A stretch of DNA of 64,000 bases from the NCBI GenBank assembly GCA_001683895.1, contig LXQJ01000020.1:28521-92520 (forward strand). Direction: 5' to 3'. Below are positions 1 to 9,834 of the stretch, one piece after another (within the stretch, counting starts at the first letter, position 1; every line of letters begins with the position of its first letter). Below the pieces are notes generated by a model. It saw nothing but the letters and a program-made list of their open reading frames with translations. It was not told where the DNA came from and made no database searches. Origin of the DNA: Luteimonas sp. ANT-B3E. Lineage in GTDB: Bacteria; Pseudomonadota; Gammaproteobacteria; Xanthomonadales; Xanthomonadaceae. Position numbers and translations under genes: made by a program.

Positions 1-853
1 CGACGATCACGCTGCCGGGCGCCATGCCTTCCATCATCGCGGAGGTGACGATGCGCGGCGCTGAGCGGCCCGGGACTGCTGCGGTGCAGACAATGACGTC
101 GACGTTCTTCAGGTGCTCGCCCAGCCGGCGCTGTTGCTCCGCGCGCTCATCCTCTGTGAGCTGCCGGGCGTAGCCGCCCGCGCCCGATGCGCTGACGCCC
201 AAATCGAGGAACTTCGCGCCGAGCGAGGCGACCTGCTCCCGCGTTTCCGGACGGACATCGAAGCATTCGACCTGCGCGCCGAGACGCCGCGCGGTCGCGA
301 CGGCCTGCAGCCCGGCGACGCCCGCGCCGATGATGAGGACCCTCGATGGGCGGATGGTGCCGGCCGCGGTGGTCAGCATCGGGAAGAACCTTGGCGCCAA
401 CTGCGCGCCGAGCAGCACCGCCTTGTAGCCGGCCATGCCCGCCTGCGAACTGAGCACGTCCATTGCCTGTGCGCGCGTGGTACGCGGCAGCCGCTCCAGC
501 GAGAAAGTCTGCAGCCGGCGCGCAGTGATCGCCGCCGCGCGCACCGCATCGGCCTCGGGCTGCAGCATGCCGACCAACGTGGTGCCCTCCGCCAACGCCA
601 GCAGCGACGCCTCCCCGGGTGGCTGCACGCACAGCACGATGTCCGCGCCGGACAATGCCGCAGCCGCCGTTTCGGCCAACGCCGCGCCTGCCGCCTCGTA
701 GGCCGCGTCCGAGAAGTAGGCCTGCGCACCCAGCCCCCGCTCGACCGTCAGCGTGCCGCCCGCCGCCACCAGCTTGCGGCAGGTCTCCGGCGTCAGCGCC
801 ACCCGGCGCTCCCCTGCCGCGGTCTCGCGTGCGACGCCGATCTTCACTGCCAT
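1..853 (-). CDS. pntA: NAD(P)+ transhydrogenase subunit alpha (domain I); 3' end runs off the window
   Basis: Manual translation from ATG at 853: MAVKIGVARETAAGERRVALTP...QAGMAGYKAV...FPMLTTAAGTIRPSRVLIIGAGVAGLQAIATARRLGA...GGYARQL. Not in the ORF track because it has no stop in the window. Confidence 0.93.
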   Translation of the reverse strand, partial: MAVKIGVARETAAGERRVALTPETCRKLVAAGGTLTVERGLGAQAYFSDAAYEAAGAALAETAAAALSGADIVLCVQPPGEASLLALAEGTTLVGMLQPEADAVRAAAITARRLQTFSLERLPRTTRAQAMDVLSSQAGMAGYKAVLLGAQLAPRFFPMLTTAAGTIRPSRVLIIGAGVAGLQAVATARRLGAQVECFDVRPETREQVASLGAKFLDLGVSASGAGGYARQLTEDERAEQQRRLGEHLKNVDVIVCTAAVPGRSAPRIVTSAMMEGMAPGSVIV

Positions 854-946
854 GCGCTGTCTCTTGCGGGGATCCAGCGTCGATCGTAAGCCATGCGCCT
901 CAGCGGTGGCTGCTGCACCGGGACAGGGGAACGCGGCGGTCCATGG

Positions 947-3106
947 TCACGACTGGGCGGCGCCGGCGAGCGACCGCAGCACGGACTCGACCGGCGTCAC
1001 CAGCGGGCGCGGCAGCAGCGATCCGGATGCCAACGCGGAGTCCAGCTCCGCGGGCCCGATGACCTGCTCGCGCATCCCTTGCCGGTTGACCAGCAGCACG
1101 GTGCCACTCAGGGGGCTGATCCATGCGACGCGCTGCCACTGCGCATCGCCTGCGCTTCCGCTGGAGGCGATCACGACCTGGCCTTCTTTCAGCGGCCGCC
1201 GCCGGGGCGCGCCCGCGGTAGCGCTGCGGGCATCCCCCTCGCCGCCCTCGCCGGCCAGCGGCAGGATGTCGGGCACGGTGCGCCTGCCGTCCGGACGTGC
1301 GAGCTCGGCAATCAGCGCTGCCAGCAGTCCGTTGGCCCCTGACTCGTCGAGGCCGCACGCGAGATAGCAGGCACGCAGTGGCTGCTCGATCGCGATCAGT
1401 CCCTCGGCGACCGCGTGCCCGTTGGCATGCGCCGCGTCATCGTCGATCCGCAGCATCGCGTCGCCGACAGCGGCCAGCGTGCGGAAGCGCTCCGACTCCG
1501 GCCCATCGCGCAGCCAGGCATGCACCAGCGACTGCCGCCACTGGTCGCCGAGGAACTCCGCCAGCAGCGGCGACATCCGGCGCCCGGCGACGCGTGCCTG
1601 CAGCAACCGGTCGGCCTCCGCGCGTGCGGCCTGCAGGCGCTCGCGGCCGAGAAGCGACTGCCACGCGCGGCGCTCGGCGATCTCGGCGCGTCGGCGCTGC
1701 GCTTCCGTGCCCGCATCGAGCAGGGTGTTGGCACGCTCGAACGCGAGCAGGTCGCCGTGGTAGCCGTTTGCGATCACGTCCGCGGCCTCGTCCGCCAGCG
1801 CGTGGAGTTCCGCGTCCAATTCCGTGCCGGAACCGTTGCCGTCCCACAGCTCGACGATCCCCGACAGCGCCACCATCGCCGGATGGTCGAGGTCGTCGAA
1901 CACCGCGGCATCGTCCAGCGCCAGCCGCAGGTAGGGATACGCCAGCCGCACCAGCCGCGCCTCTGCGGTTGGTCCCAGCACGGCGCCGGCACGCAGGCCG
2001 TCGAACAGCGCGCCGACCACGTCCACCGCGTCCTGCTGCAGGTCCGACAGCGACGAGTCGTCGCTGGAGATCCCCAGGTTGGCCGCGCCCTGCAGCAGGC
2101 TGCCGCGCAGTGCCGGGCCGGTAGCCGATGGTGGCACGGCGTCGAACGACGGCGTCTCGTTGCCCTGCAGGAGCGACAGCACCGACAGGAATTCCTTGCT
2201 CCCGAGTTCGCGCTGCGCGGCGTGGATGCCGCTGGCCTCGCGGACGGCACGCATGCGCTGCCGCAGCAGGTCGCCGCGTGTCGACGGGCGCGGAGCCGAC
2301 AGGCCATGGTCGACCCCTCGACCCCGCCATGAGGACTGCTGTGGCGACAGCGCGTTGTCGTGTCCCCACAGCGCGCCGTGCACCCGGCCTTCGCCTGCGA
2401 TGGCGGTGGGCTGCGTGATCAGCAGCGTGAAGTCGTTGGCGCCCGTCATCGCGAAGCCGGCGCTGGCAAGCTCGGTGTTGATCCACGCGTAGATGGGACC
2501 CAGTCCATCGCCGGCGAGGCGCTCGTAGTGCCGCAGCATCGACTGGCGCAGTTCGCCGTCGTACTCGCTTCCGGGGAAGGCGGTCAGCACTGCCTCGATC
2601 ACCACGCGCGGCGCGAACGGGTTGACCGGTCGGACGCGACCGCCGAGCGCCGCCGCCAACGACCACAGCCGGCTGTCGATGGTGTCGATGACATCGACGA
2701 AGCGCCGCTCAAGCGCCTCGATGACCGGCTGACCGATCAACTGCGCCTTCAGCTCGTCGTCGGACACCAGCGAGTAGCCGCTGCCGCGATCGACCGGGAC
2801 CGGCGGACGTGGCCAGCCCGCAAACGCCTGGCCGATGGCCCCCTGCCAGCGGCGCTCGTGGATCACCGCGTCATGGCGGGCGATCGCGAGCGCAGCCAGT
2901 GCATCGGCCACGCCGGCTGGGGGCGCGTCGTGGCTCACCCTGGCACGCAGCTCGGCCTCGCACGCCGTCAGCATGGCGGCGGTCAAGGGCAGCAGGCGCG
3001 CCTGGAACCCCTTTCGCAGTGCGTCAAGCTGGCCGCTTCCGGCATTGGCTGCACGCACGCCCGGGCTGTCGCCGGGGTCGTCGCCACTGGGAGTCGGAGT
3101 ACGCAT
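947..3106 (-). CDS. DUF1631-family protein (paralogue 2)
   Basis: About 719 aa, helical. Motifs SLVSDDEL, RRRAEIAERRA..GRERL and C-terminal RVAWISPLSGTVLLVNRQG. Start placed at MRTPTP within ORF 947..3217. Confidence 0.78.
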   Translation of the reverse strand: MRTPTPSGDDPGDSPGVRAANAGSGQLDALRKGFQARLLPLTAAMLTACEAELRARVSHDAPPAGVADALAALAIARHDAVIHERRWQGAIGQAFAGWPRPPVPVDRGSGYSLVSDDELKAQLIGQPVIEALERRFVDVIDTIDSRLWSLAAALGGRVRPVNPFAPRVVIEAVLTAFPGSEYDGELRQSMLRHYERLAGDGLGPIYAWINTELASAGFAMTGANDFTLLITQPTAIAGEGRVHGALWGHDNALSPQQSSWRGRGVDHGLSAPRPSTRGDLLRQRMRAVREASGIHAAQRELGSKEFLSVLSLLQGNETPSFDAVPPSATGPALRGSLLQGAANLGISSDDSSLSDLQQDAVDVVGALFDGLRAGAVLGPTAEARLVRLAYPYLRLALDDAAVFDDLDHPAMVALSGIVELWDGNGSGTELDAELHALADEAADVIANGYHGDLLAFERANTLLDAGTEAQRRRAEIAERRAWQSLLGRERLQAARAEADRLLQARVAGRRMSPLLAEFLGDQWRQSLVHAWLRDGPESERFRTLAAVGDAMLRIDDDAAHANGHAVAEGLIAIEQPLRACYLACGLDESGANGLLAALIAELARPDGRRTVPDILPLAGEGGEGDARSATAGAPRRRPLKEGQVVIASSGSAGDAQWQRVAWISPLSGTVLLVNRQGMREQVIGPAELDSALASGSLLPRPLVTPVESVLRSLAGAAQS

Positions 3107-3277
3107 CGGGCAGCGGCGGCTCGGGAAGCGCGGCGGGCGGAAGTCCGCACGATAGCGCACGGCGCCGTCGCTGCCGCATACACCGTGTCGACGGCCACGC
3201 GCTGGCTCCTCGCCCATTCATCCTTGAACCCCCCAACCCATGTCCCGCCCGTGCGTCCGTCTGTCCACGAAGGGACT

Positions 3278-5680
3278 TCAGGACGCCAGGGTCGCGGGTG
3301 CCTCTCCCACCGTCTGGACGCGCGGACGATTGAGCTGTTGCCAGACCTGTTTCATGGCCTCGTCGAAGGGCGCATCGACCGAGCGCACCACCGCGCGGCC
3401 GCTGCCGACCAGCGCTGCAAGCTCCTCCGGCGACACCACCATCCGCTTGACGCCGCGGCGGTTGACGATCAGGAACCGCGCTGTCAGCGGGCTGATCCAG
3501 GCGATACGCGCGGCGCTCTCGTGGCCCTGTTCATCGACCAGGCGCAGCCCCTGACCGACCCGGAGCCGGCGCATCCGCGCGGCGATGGTGGGATCGAAGT
3601 CCAGCGTCGCGGTGCCGCCCGCAAGGCGCAGGCCGCTGACGTCTGCAGCGTCTTCGGCAACCTCGTCCTCGATCGGCCCCGACTCGGCCGTGTGCACCCG
3701 ACGCGGGCTGTCGGGCGTGCCGAGCGCGGCGATGATCCGCGCCATGGCGTCGCGGGCGCCCGCGGCCTCCAGGCCGCAACTGGCGTAGCATTCGCCCAGC
3801 GGGCGCTGCAGGGCGAGGAGCTGTTCGGCGACGGCGCGACCCCGGGCCTGGGCGGCGTCGGCATCCACCTGCACCATGGCATCGCCGAGCCCGACCGAGG
3901 CGCGGTGACGCGCGGTGTCGGCGCCCTCCCGAAGCCAGGTCTGCGCCAGATGGTGGCGCCAGTGGGAGTCGAGAAACTGGGCCACTGCCGCCGTCAGCGG
4001 ACGCCCGGCGAGTCGCGAGGCAACCAGGTCGTCGGCATCGCGACGCGCATGGCGCAGCCGTTCACGCCCGTGAATCGCCTCGGACGCGCGCTTCTCCGCG
4101 AGTTCGCTGCGTCGCCGCTGCTGGTCCAGCTGGTCGCGCAGCTCGCTGGCCGCGAGCTCGAAGATCGCCTGGTCGTCCTCGTACTCGTCGACCACGCGGT
4201 CGACCGCACGCTCGGCGCGGTCCAGTGTCTCCCGGTCCTGCGGAGTGTCGCCGGCGTTGCCGTCGCACGCCTCGGTCAACGCGTCGAGCAGCTGCCGCGC
4301 AGGATGACTGCGGCGATTGAACAGCGAGTCGTCGGTCAGTGCCACCTTGAGGTAGGGCACCACCAGCCGCCCGTACATCGACCGCGCCCGCAGCAGCAGG
4401 TCGTTGGCGTCGTACAGCGACTGGAAGAGGATGCCGACAAGGTCGATCGCGTCCTCCTCGTCAACGCTGAAGTGGGTGCCGTCGGGATCGAACCCGAGCT
4501 GCTTGACGCCGCCCAGGATCTCCTCGCGGATCACCCGCGACAGCGCGCGCGCGTCATCGCCGGCGAGTGCGCGGGCAAACGGCGAGGCGTCGTCGCCCTG
4601 CAGCATCTGGGCGACGTTGAGCAGGTCCTCGGTCCTGAGCACCTGGTGGCCACCGGCGCCGGCGGCCTCGTCGCTGCCGCCGTCCCGTGCGGCGGCGACC
4701 CCGTGCCCCGACGCGCGCCAGTGGCGGAGCTGCTCGCGGACGACGTCGCGATAGCGCGGCGCGCGTCCCTGCGCTGCCCGCGCCTCGGCGCCGCTCGCAG
4801 ATCCATCGCCGATGCGCGCGCCTGGCTCACGCCCCGACGGTGCGTCGTCGTACGTCCCGCGGGGCTGGCCATCGACGACGCCTGTGTCCGGCATCCACTC
4901 GCCGGCCGACCCTGGCGCATGCAACCCGGGGCCGCCACCTCGCCCCTGTGGTGCCCCCGACCCGACAGCGGGGTAACCACCCTGTGTCCGGCCGCGCGTC
5001 GAAGCCCGCGGCGCGCTCGCGCCATCGAAACCGGCCGCTTCCAACATGGCGTTGAGCCGGGCGTAGAGATCGCCGAGCAGGTGCGGCAGCCGCTTGTCGA
5101 ACTGGTGGAACACCAGCGGCCGCAGGCCGGGCGTCAGGTCGTCCTCGCCGAACAGGTCGACGAACGCCGACACCGCCGCTTCGGGTCGCACCGGGGTCGG
5201 ACGGGCGCGGGCATCGATTCCCAGAGCACCGGCCAGCACCTGCAGCCGCTCGTCGAGGAGCTCCAGTGGGTGCAGGAACTGGTGGTCGAGGAGCTCGGTG
5301 GTCTGCTGGCCGGCCAGATGCACTTCGAGCTCGCCCTCCGACATCAGGCTGAGCAGCTTGCCGCCCGCGGCGGCGGCGGCAGACGGATTGCGCCAGCGAG
5401 CGAACTCGCCCTCGAGCGCTTCGCGATAGCGGGTCGCGAGCTGGAGTGCGCGCTGGCTCAGCGCCGTCACCGCCATGCGGTCGTCCTGCGACGCGCTGTA
5501 GTCATGCCCCGCCAGTGCGGCCAGCCGCACCTGCTCCTCGATCGTTCCCCAGAACCCCGACAGCACACCGCCGAGCGCGGTGATCGCCTCGCGCTTCACC
5601 GCCTCGAGCGTGCGCTCGGCGTCGCCGAAGGCACCGTGGCCATGCCGGCCCGGAGGATGGATTTCGTCGGAATGGGTCAT
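3278..5680 (-). CDS. DUF1631-family protein (paralogue 1)
   Basis: About 800 aa. Motifs LSLMSEGELE, DAIDLVGILF, LVVPYLKVAL.D..LF....HPARQLLDAL, RIAWISPLTARFLIVNRRG. Start MTHSDE at 5680. Confidence 0.82.
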   Translation of the reverse strand: MTHSDEIHPPGRHGHGAFGDAERTLEAVKREAITALGGVLSGFWGTIEEQVRLAALAGHDYSASQDDRMAVTALSQRALQLATRYREALEGEFARWRNPSAAAAAGGKLLSLMSEGELEVHLAGQQTTELLDHQFLHPLELLDERLQVLAGALGIDARARPTPVRPEAAVSAFVDLFGEDDLTPGLRPLVFHQFDKRLPHLLGDLYARLNAMLEAAGFDGASAPRASTRGRTQGGYPAVGSGAPQGRGGGPGLHAPGSAGEWMPDTGVVDGQPRGTYDDAPSGREPGARIGDGSASGAEARAAQGRAPRYRDVVREQLRHWRASGHGVAAARDGGSDEAAGAGGHQVLRTEDLLNVAQMLQGDDASPFARALAGDDARALSRVIREEILGGVKQLGFDPDGTHFSVDEEDAIDLVGILFQSLYDANDLLLRARSMYGRLVVPYLKVALTDDSLFNRRSHPARQLLDALTEACDGNAGDTPQDRETLDRAERAVDRVVDEYEDDQAIFELAASELRDQLDQQRRRSELAEKRASEAIHGRERLRHARRDADDLVASRLAGRPLTAAVAQFLDSHWRHHLAQTWLREGADTARHRASVGLGDAMVQVDADAAQARGRAVAEQLLALQRPLGECYASCGLEAAGARDAMARIIAALGTPDSPRRVHTAESGPIEDEVAEDAADVSGLRLAGGTATLDFDPTIAARMRRLRVGQGLRLVDEQGHESAARIAWISPLTARFLIVNRRGVKRMVVSPEELAALVGSGRAVVRSVDAPFDEAMKQVWQQLNRPRVQTVGEAPATLAS

Positions 5681-5750
5681 TCGGGGGAAGATACCGACGC
5701 TGGCGGAGCGCCTTGTTGCAGCCTCCGCGACCCACGACCCGGAGTCTGTG

Positions 5751-6341
5751 ATGCAAATCGCAAATAGCGCACCCGCCCTGCTGCGGGCCCTCGACACGCG
5801 GCGTTCCGTGCCCGCGAAGCAGCTGGGCGCGCCGGGGCCTGACGATGCGACGCTGCTGCGCATCCTGCAGTCGGCGGTGCGCGTGCCCGACCACGGCAAG
5901 CGCGTGCCGTTCCGGTTCCTGCGCATCGCCGGTGATGCACGCGCCGCGCTGGGCGAGGTGCTGGTGGAGCGGCTGCGCGATCGCGACCCCGACGCCGGCG
6001 ACGGTGCGCTCGACAAGGAGCGCGGCCGGTTTCTGCATGCACCGCTGGTCATCGTCGTGGTCGCGGTGCTGGACCCCGATGACGACAAGGCCCCCGACCA
6101 CGAGCGCCTGCTGACCGCGGGCTGCGTCTGCTTCGCGCTGCTGCAGGCGCTGCAGGCGTTCGGCTTCGGCGGCCACTGGCTCACGGGGTGGCCAACGTAC
6201 GACGGGAAGGTTCGCAAGCGGCTTGGCCTGTCGAAACCGGAGCGCATTGCCGGCTTCATCCACGTCGGCACGCCCAGGCTCGCCGCACCCGAGCGCACGC
6301 GCCCCGCCGCCGCCTCGCTGCTGCGCGACTGGACCGCCTGA
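5751..6341 (+). CDS. Nitroreductase family protein (YdjA-like)
   Basis: RRSV...AVRVPDHGKRVPFRF, GFGGHWLTG, GFIHVGTP. Confidence 0.88.
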   Translation: MQIANSAPALLRALDTRRSVPAKQLGAPGPDDATLLRILQSAVRVPDHGKRVPFRFLRIAGDARAALGEVLVERLRDRDPDAGDGALDKERGRFLHAPLVIVVVAVLDPDDDKAPDHERLLTAGCVCFALLQALQAFGFGGHWLTGWPTYDGKVRKRLGLSKPERIAGFIHVGTPRLAAPERTRPAAASLLRDWTA

Positions 6342-7318
6342 TGCGCGACTCAGACAGCGACACGCCCGCAGGCGGTGCGCTGCCGGGCGACGCGATCGGG
6401 GACCCACTGCGACACAGGCCCACGCTGTACCTCGTCGACGCCAGCCTCTACGTGTTCCGCGCCTGGCACGCCATGCCCGACGAGGTGCAGGATGCCGATG
6501 GCTGGCCGGTCAATGCCGTCCACGGTTTCGCGCGCTTCCTGCTGGAGCTGCTCGAGCGCGAGCGCCCGCGGCATGTCGCGATCGCCTTCGACGAAGCACT
6601 CGACTCGAGTTTCCGCAACGCGATCTACCCGGCCTACAAGGCCAATCGCGCGCCCGCGCCACAGGAGCTGCGGCGACAGTTCGCCTACTGCAAGGCGCTG
6701 TGCTCGACGCTGGGGCTGGTGGTGTTGGCACACCGGGAGTACGAGGCCGACGACCTCATCGGCACCTCGCTGCACCTGGCCCGCGGCGCCGGTTTCCGCA
6801 GCGTCATCGTGTCGGCCGACAAGGACCTGTCGCAGCTGCTTGCCGGCGACGATGAGCAATGGGACTTCGCGCGCGGGCAGCGCTGGGGCATGCACGGCGT
6901 CAAGGCGCGGCTGGGCGTGGAGGCGCACCAGGTCGCCGACTACCTCGCGCTCAGCGGCGACCCGGTCGACAACATCCCGGGTGTGCCCGGCATCGGCGCC
7001 AAGACCGCCGCAACGCTGCTTGCGCATTTCGGCAGCCTGGACGTACTGCTGGCGCGCAGCGACGAGGTTGGCTACCTGCGCTTCCGCGGCGCGGCCCAGG
7101 CCGGCGTGAGGCTGCGCCTGCACCGCGAGCAGGCGCTGCTGTGCCGCCGGCTATCGACGATCGCGCTCGACGCGCCGCTTGATGCCGGCCCGCCCTTCCT
7201 GCGCGACGCAGTGGATGCGGCGACGCTCGCGGCGCTCGCGGATGCGCTGCGTTTCGGCCCGATGACGCGTCGGCGGCTGCACGCCGCCTGCGGGCTGGAG
7301 CCGCTCGCAGGCAACTGA
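6341..7318 (+). CDS. 5'-3' exonuclease / flap endonuclease (PolA N-terminal-like, H3TH)
   Basis: LVDASLYVFRAWH, YPAYKANR, EADDLIGT, SADKDL, GDPVDNIPGVPGIGAKTA; TGATG overlap with the upstream gene. Confidence 0.9.
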   Translation: MRDSDSDTPAGGALPGDAIGDPLRHRPTLYLVDASLYVFRAWHAMPDEVQDADGWPVNAVHGFARFLLELLERERPRHVAIAFDEALDSSFRNAIYPAYKANRAPAPQELRRQFAYCKALCSTLGLVVLAHREYEADDLIGTSLHLARGAGFRSVIVSADKDLSQLLAGDDEQWDFARGQRWGMHGVKARLGVEAHQVADYLALSGDPVDNIPGVPGIGAKTAATLLAHFGSLDVLLARSDEVGYLRFRGAAQAGVRLRLHREQALLCRRLSTIALDAPLDAGPPFLRDAVDAATLAALADALRFGPMTRRRLHAACGLEPLAGN

Positions 7319-7371
7319 GTTTCCCGGGGCCGCGGCCCGCCGTGGCGCCGCGATCCGGGTAGGATCCCGCC

Positions 7372-7935
7372 ATGTCCGACGATTCCGCGACATCCGAAGC
7401 AACCGAGATCCTCTACCAGGGCGACTGGCTGCGGCTGGTCAGGCGCGGGCGCTGGGAATCCTGCGAGCGCACCCACGGCCGCGACGGCCTGGCGGTACTG
7501 GTGATCGCGGTGACGCCCGACGACGAGGTGCTTTTCGTCGAGCAGTACCGCGTCCCGTTGGGTGCCCGCACCATCGAGATGCCGGCGGGGCTGATTGGCG
7601 ACGACGTCAGCGACGACACCATCGAGCGTGCCGCCCGCCGCGAACTGGTGGAGGAGACCGGCTGGGAGCCCGGGCGTGTCGACGTGCTGCTGACCGGGCC
7701 GACCTCCGCGGGGATGAGCAACGAACGGATCGCGTTCGCGCGTGCCCGTGACCTCCGGCGCGTGGGGACGGGCGGCGGCGTTGGCGGCGAGGACATCACC
7801 GTCCACGCCGTGCCGCGCGCGACCGCGCCGGCGTGGCTGATGCGCAAGCACGGCGAAGGCTTCGAGCTCGACCTCAAGCTGTGGGCCGGGCTGTGGATGA
7901 TCGACCACGAGCCCGACGGAATGCCGCTGCGTTGA
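7372..7935 (+). CDS. NUDIX hydrolase (ADP-ribose pyrophosphatase-like)
   Basis: EQYRVP, Nudix box EMPAGL...AARRELVEETG. Confidence 0.88.
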   Translation: MSDDSATSEATEILYQGDWLRLVRRGRWESCERTHGRDGLAVLVIAVTPDDEVLFVEQYRVPLGARTIEMPAGLIGDDVSDDTIERAARRELVEETGWEPGRVDVLLTGPTSAGMSNERIAFARARDLRRVGTGGGVGGEDITVHAVPRATAPAWLMRKHGEGFELDLKLWAGLWMIDHEPDGMPLR

Positions 7936-7950
7936 GGGGCGGCGCCGCCG

Positions 7951-8892
7951 TCAGGCGAAGCGGTCGGTCGCCTGCACCAGGGCGTCGACGTTCTCGGCCT
8001 CGAACGCGGAGTGTCCCGAGGCCGGGCTGATCACCAGCTCGGCCTTTGGCCACACCTGGTGGAGGTCCCACGCGCTCTGGATCGGGCAGACGACGTCGTA
8101 GCGGCCGTGCACGATGACGCCGGGGATGTCGACGATTCGGTACGCATCGCGCAGCAGCTGGTCCTCCACCTCGAGGAAGCCACGGTTGACGAAGTAGTGG
8201 TTCTCGATCCGCGCGAACGCCAGCGCGAACGCCGCATCCTCGTGCCCGGTGACAAAATCGCGGTCGACATGCAGGAAGCTGGTCGCGCCCTCCCACACGC
8301 TCCACGCGCGCGCAGCATCCAGCCTGGTGGCCTCGTCGTCGGAGATCAGGCGGCGGTGGAATGCGCCGATAAGGTCCCCGCGCTCGCCGTCGGGGATCGC
8401 GGCCACGTAGTGCTCCCATGCATCCGGGAACAGGCGCGACGCGCCCTGCTGGTAGAACCACTCCAGCTCCCAGCGCCGCAGCAGGAAGATGCCCCGCAGC
8501 ACCAGCGCGGCGACGCGGCGCGGGTGCGCCTGGGCGTAGGCGAGCGCCAGCGTGGAGCCCCACGAGCCGCCGAACACCTGCCAGGTCTCGACCCCCAGGC
8601 GCTCGCGCAGCGCCTCGATGTCGGCTACCAGGTGCCAGGTCGTGTTGTCGACGAGGTCGGCGTGCGGCGTGGAGCGCCCGGATCCGCGCTGGTCGAACAG
8701 CACGATGCGGTACTTCGCCGGGTTGTGGAAGCGCCGCATCTTGGCGCTGCAGCCTCCGCCCGGCCCGCCGTGCAGGATCACCACCGGTTTGCCGGCGGGG
8801 TTGCCACAGACCTCGTAGTACAGCGCATGGCGGTCGTCGACCTGCAGCGTGCCGGTCTCGTGGGGCTCGATCTCGGGATGGAGGCGGCGCAT
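7951..8892 (-). CDS. pip: Prolyl aminopeptidase (proline iminopeptidase)
   Basis: HGGPGGG, FDQRGSGRS, GGSWGS nucleophile motif, GRYDVVCP, SGHS. Confidence 0.95.
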   Translation of the reverse strand: MRRLHPEIEPHETGTLQVDDRHALYYEVCGNPAGKPVVILHGGPGGGCSAKMRRFHNPAKYRIVLFDQRGSGRSTPHADLVDNTTWHLVADIEALRERLGVETWQVFGGSWGSTLALAYAQAHPRRVAALVLRGIFLLRRWELEWFYQQGASRLFPDAWEHYVAAIPDGERGDLIGAFHRRLISDDEATRLDAARAWSVWEGATSFLHVDRDFVTGHEDAAFALAFARIENHYFVNRGFLEVEDQLLRDAYRIVDIPGVIVHGRYDVVCPIQSAWDLHQVWPKAELVISPASGHSAFEAENVDALVQATDRFA

Positions 8893-8923
8893 CGTCGGCC
8901 TTGTCGTCGGGCGTTGTCCCAGT

Positions 8924-9769
8924 CTAGCGCCCCGCCCTGCGACACCCCAGCGTGACCCGGTCCTGGCCCCCGAAGTCGCGCAGCGTGGCGATATCGACAC
9001 ACCCTTCCTGCGCGAGCAGGCGCCGCACGCACTGCCCCTGCTGGTAGCCGTGCTCGAGCAGCAGCCAGCCACCGTCGACCAGGCAGCCAGGCGCGGACGC
9101 AGCGATCGCGCGGATCGCGTCGAGGCCGTCGGCACCCGACTCCAGCGCCATCGCAGGCTCGAAGCGCAGGTCGCCTTCCCGCAGATGCGGATCGCCCGCG
9201 GCGATGTAGGGCGGATTGCTGGCGATCACGTCGAACCGGCGCGCAGCCAGCGGCCGCAGCCAGTCACCGAGCACGAACGCGACGTTGCCGATGCCCAGCC
9301 GGCGCGCGTTGCCGCGGGCCACCGAGAGCGCCGGGACGCTGGCATCGGTCGCGACCACGCGAGCAGCCGGCCTGGCCTGCGCAACCGCCAGCGCGACGGC
9401 GCCGCTGCCGGTGCCGAGGTCGGCAACGCAAGCGGTCGCGCCGGCCACGATCCGCGCCAGCGCAGCTTCCACCAGGCACTCGGTATCGGCTCGCGGGATC
9501 AGCGTGGCCGGGCCCACGTCGAGATCGAGGTTCCAGAAACCGCGACGACCCGTGAGGTAGGCCACCGGCTCGCCAACCGCGCGCCGCGCCACCAGCGCCT
9601 CGATGCGCGCCACGTCGGCAGCCGTCAATACGTCATCGTCGTGCGCGTACAGCCAGGATGGCGCCTGTCCCAGCGCATGCGCGACCAGCACGCGCGCGTC
9701 GTCGTCGTCGATGCGCGCACGCGCGTCGCGCAGCGCCGCATCCACGCGCAGGGGCGATGACGTATCCAT
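8924..9769 (-). CDS. prmC: Release factor glutamine methyltransferase
   Basis: GEPVAYL, LIPRADTE, DLGTGSG, SNPPY, LEHG. Confidence 0.95.
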   Translation of the reverse strand: MDTSSPLRVDAALRDARARIDDDDARVLVAHALGQAPSWLYAHDDDVLTAADVARIEALVARRAVGEPVAYLTGRRGFWNLDLDVGPATLIPRADTECLVEAALARIVAGATACVADLGTGSGAVALAVAQARPAARVVATDASVPALSVARGNARRLGIGNVAFVLGDWLRPLAARRFDVIASNPPYIAAGDPHLREGDLRFEPAMALESGADGLDAIRAIAASAPGCLVDGGWLLLEHGYQQGQCVRRLLAQEGCVDIATLRDFGGQDRVTLGCRRAGR

Positions 9770-9834
9770 CCTTCCATCGTACGGACCCGCGGCACGCCCG
9801 ACGATGCATTCCACCAAGACGGACCCTTGACCCC

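Noticed and set aside
113-889. Plus-strand ORFs at the window start
   Set aside because: The real gene is pntA on the minus strand, open beyond the window edge.
2360-5767. 1135-aa plus-strand ORF
   Set aside because: Antisense shadow of the DUF1631 genes; Arg/Ala-rich with no motifs, as expected from high-GC codon bias.
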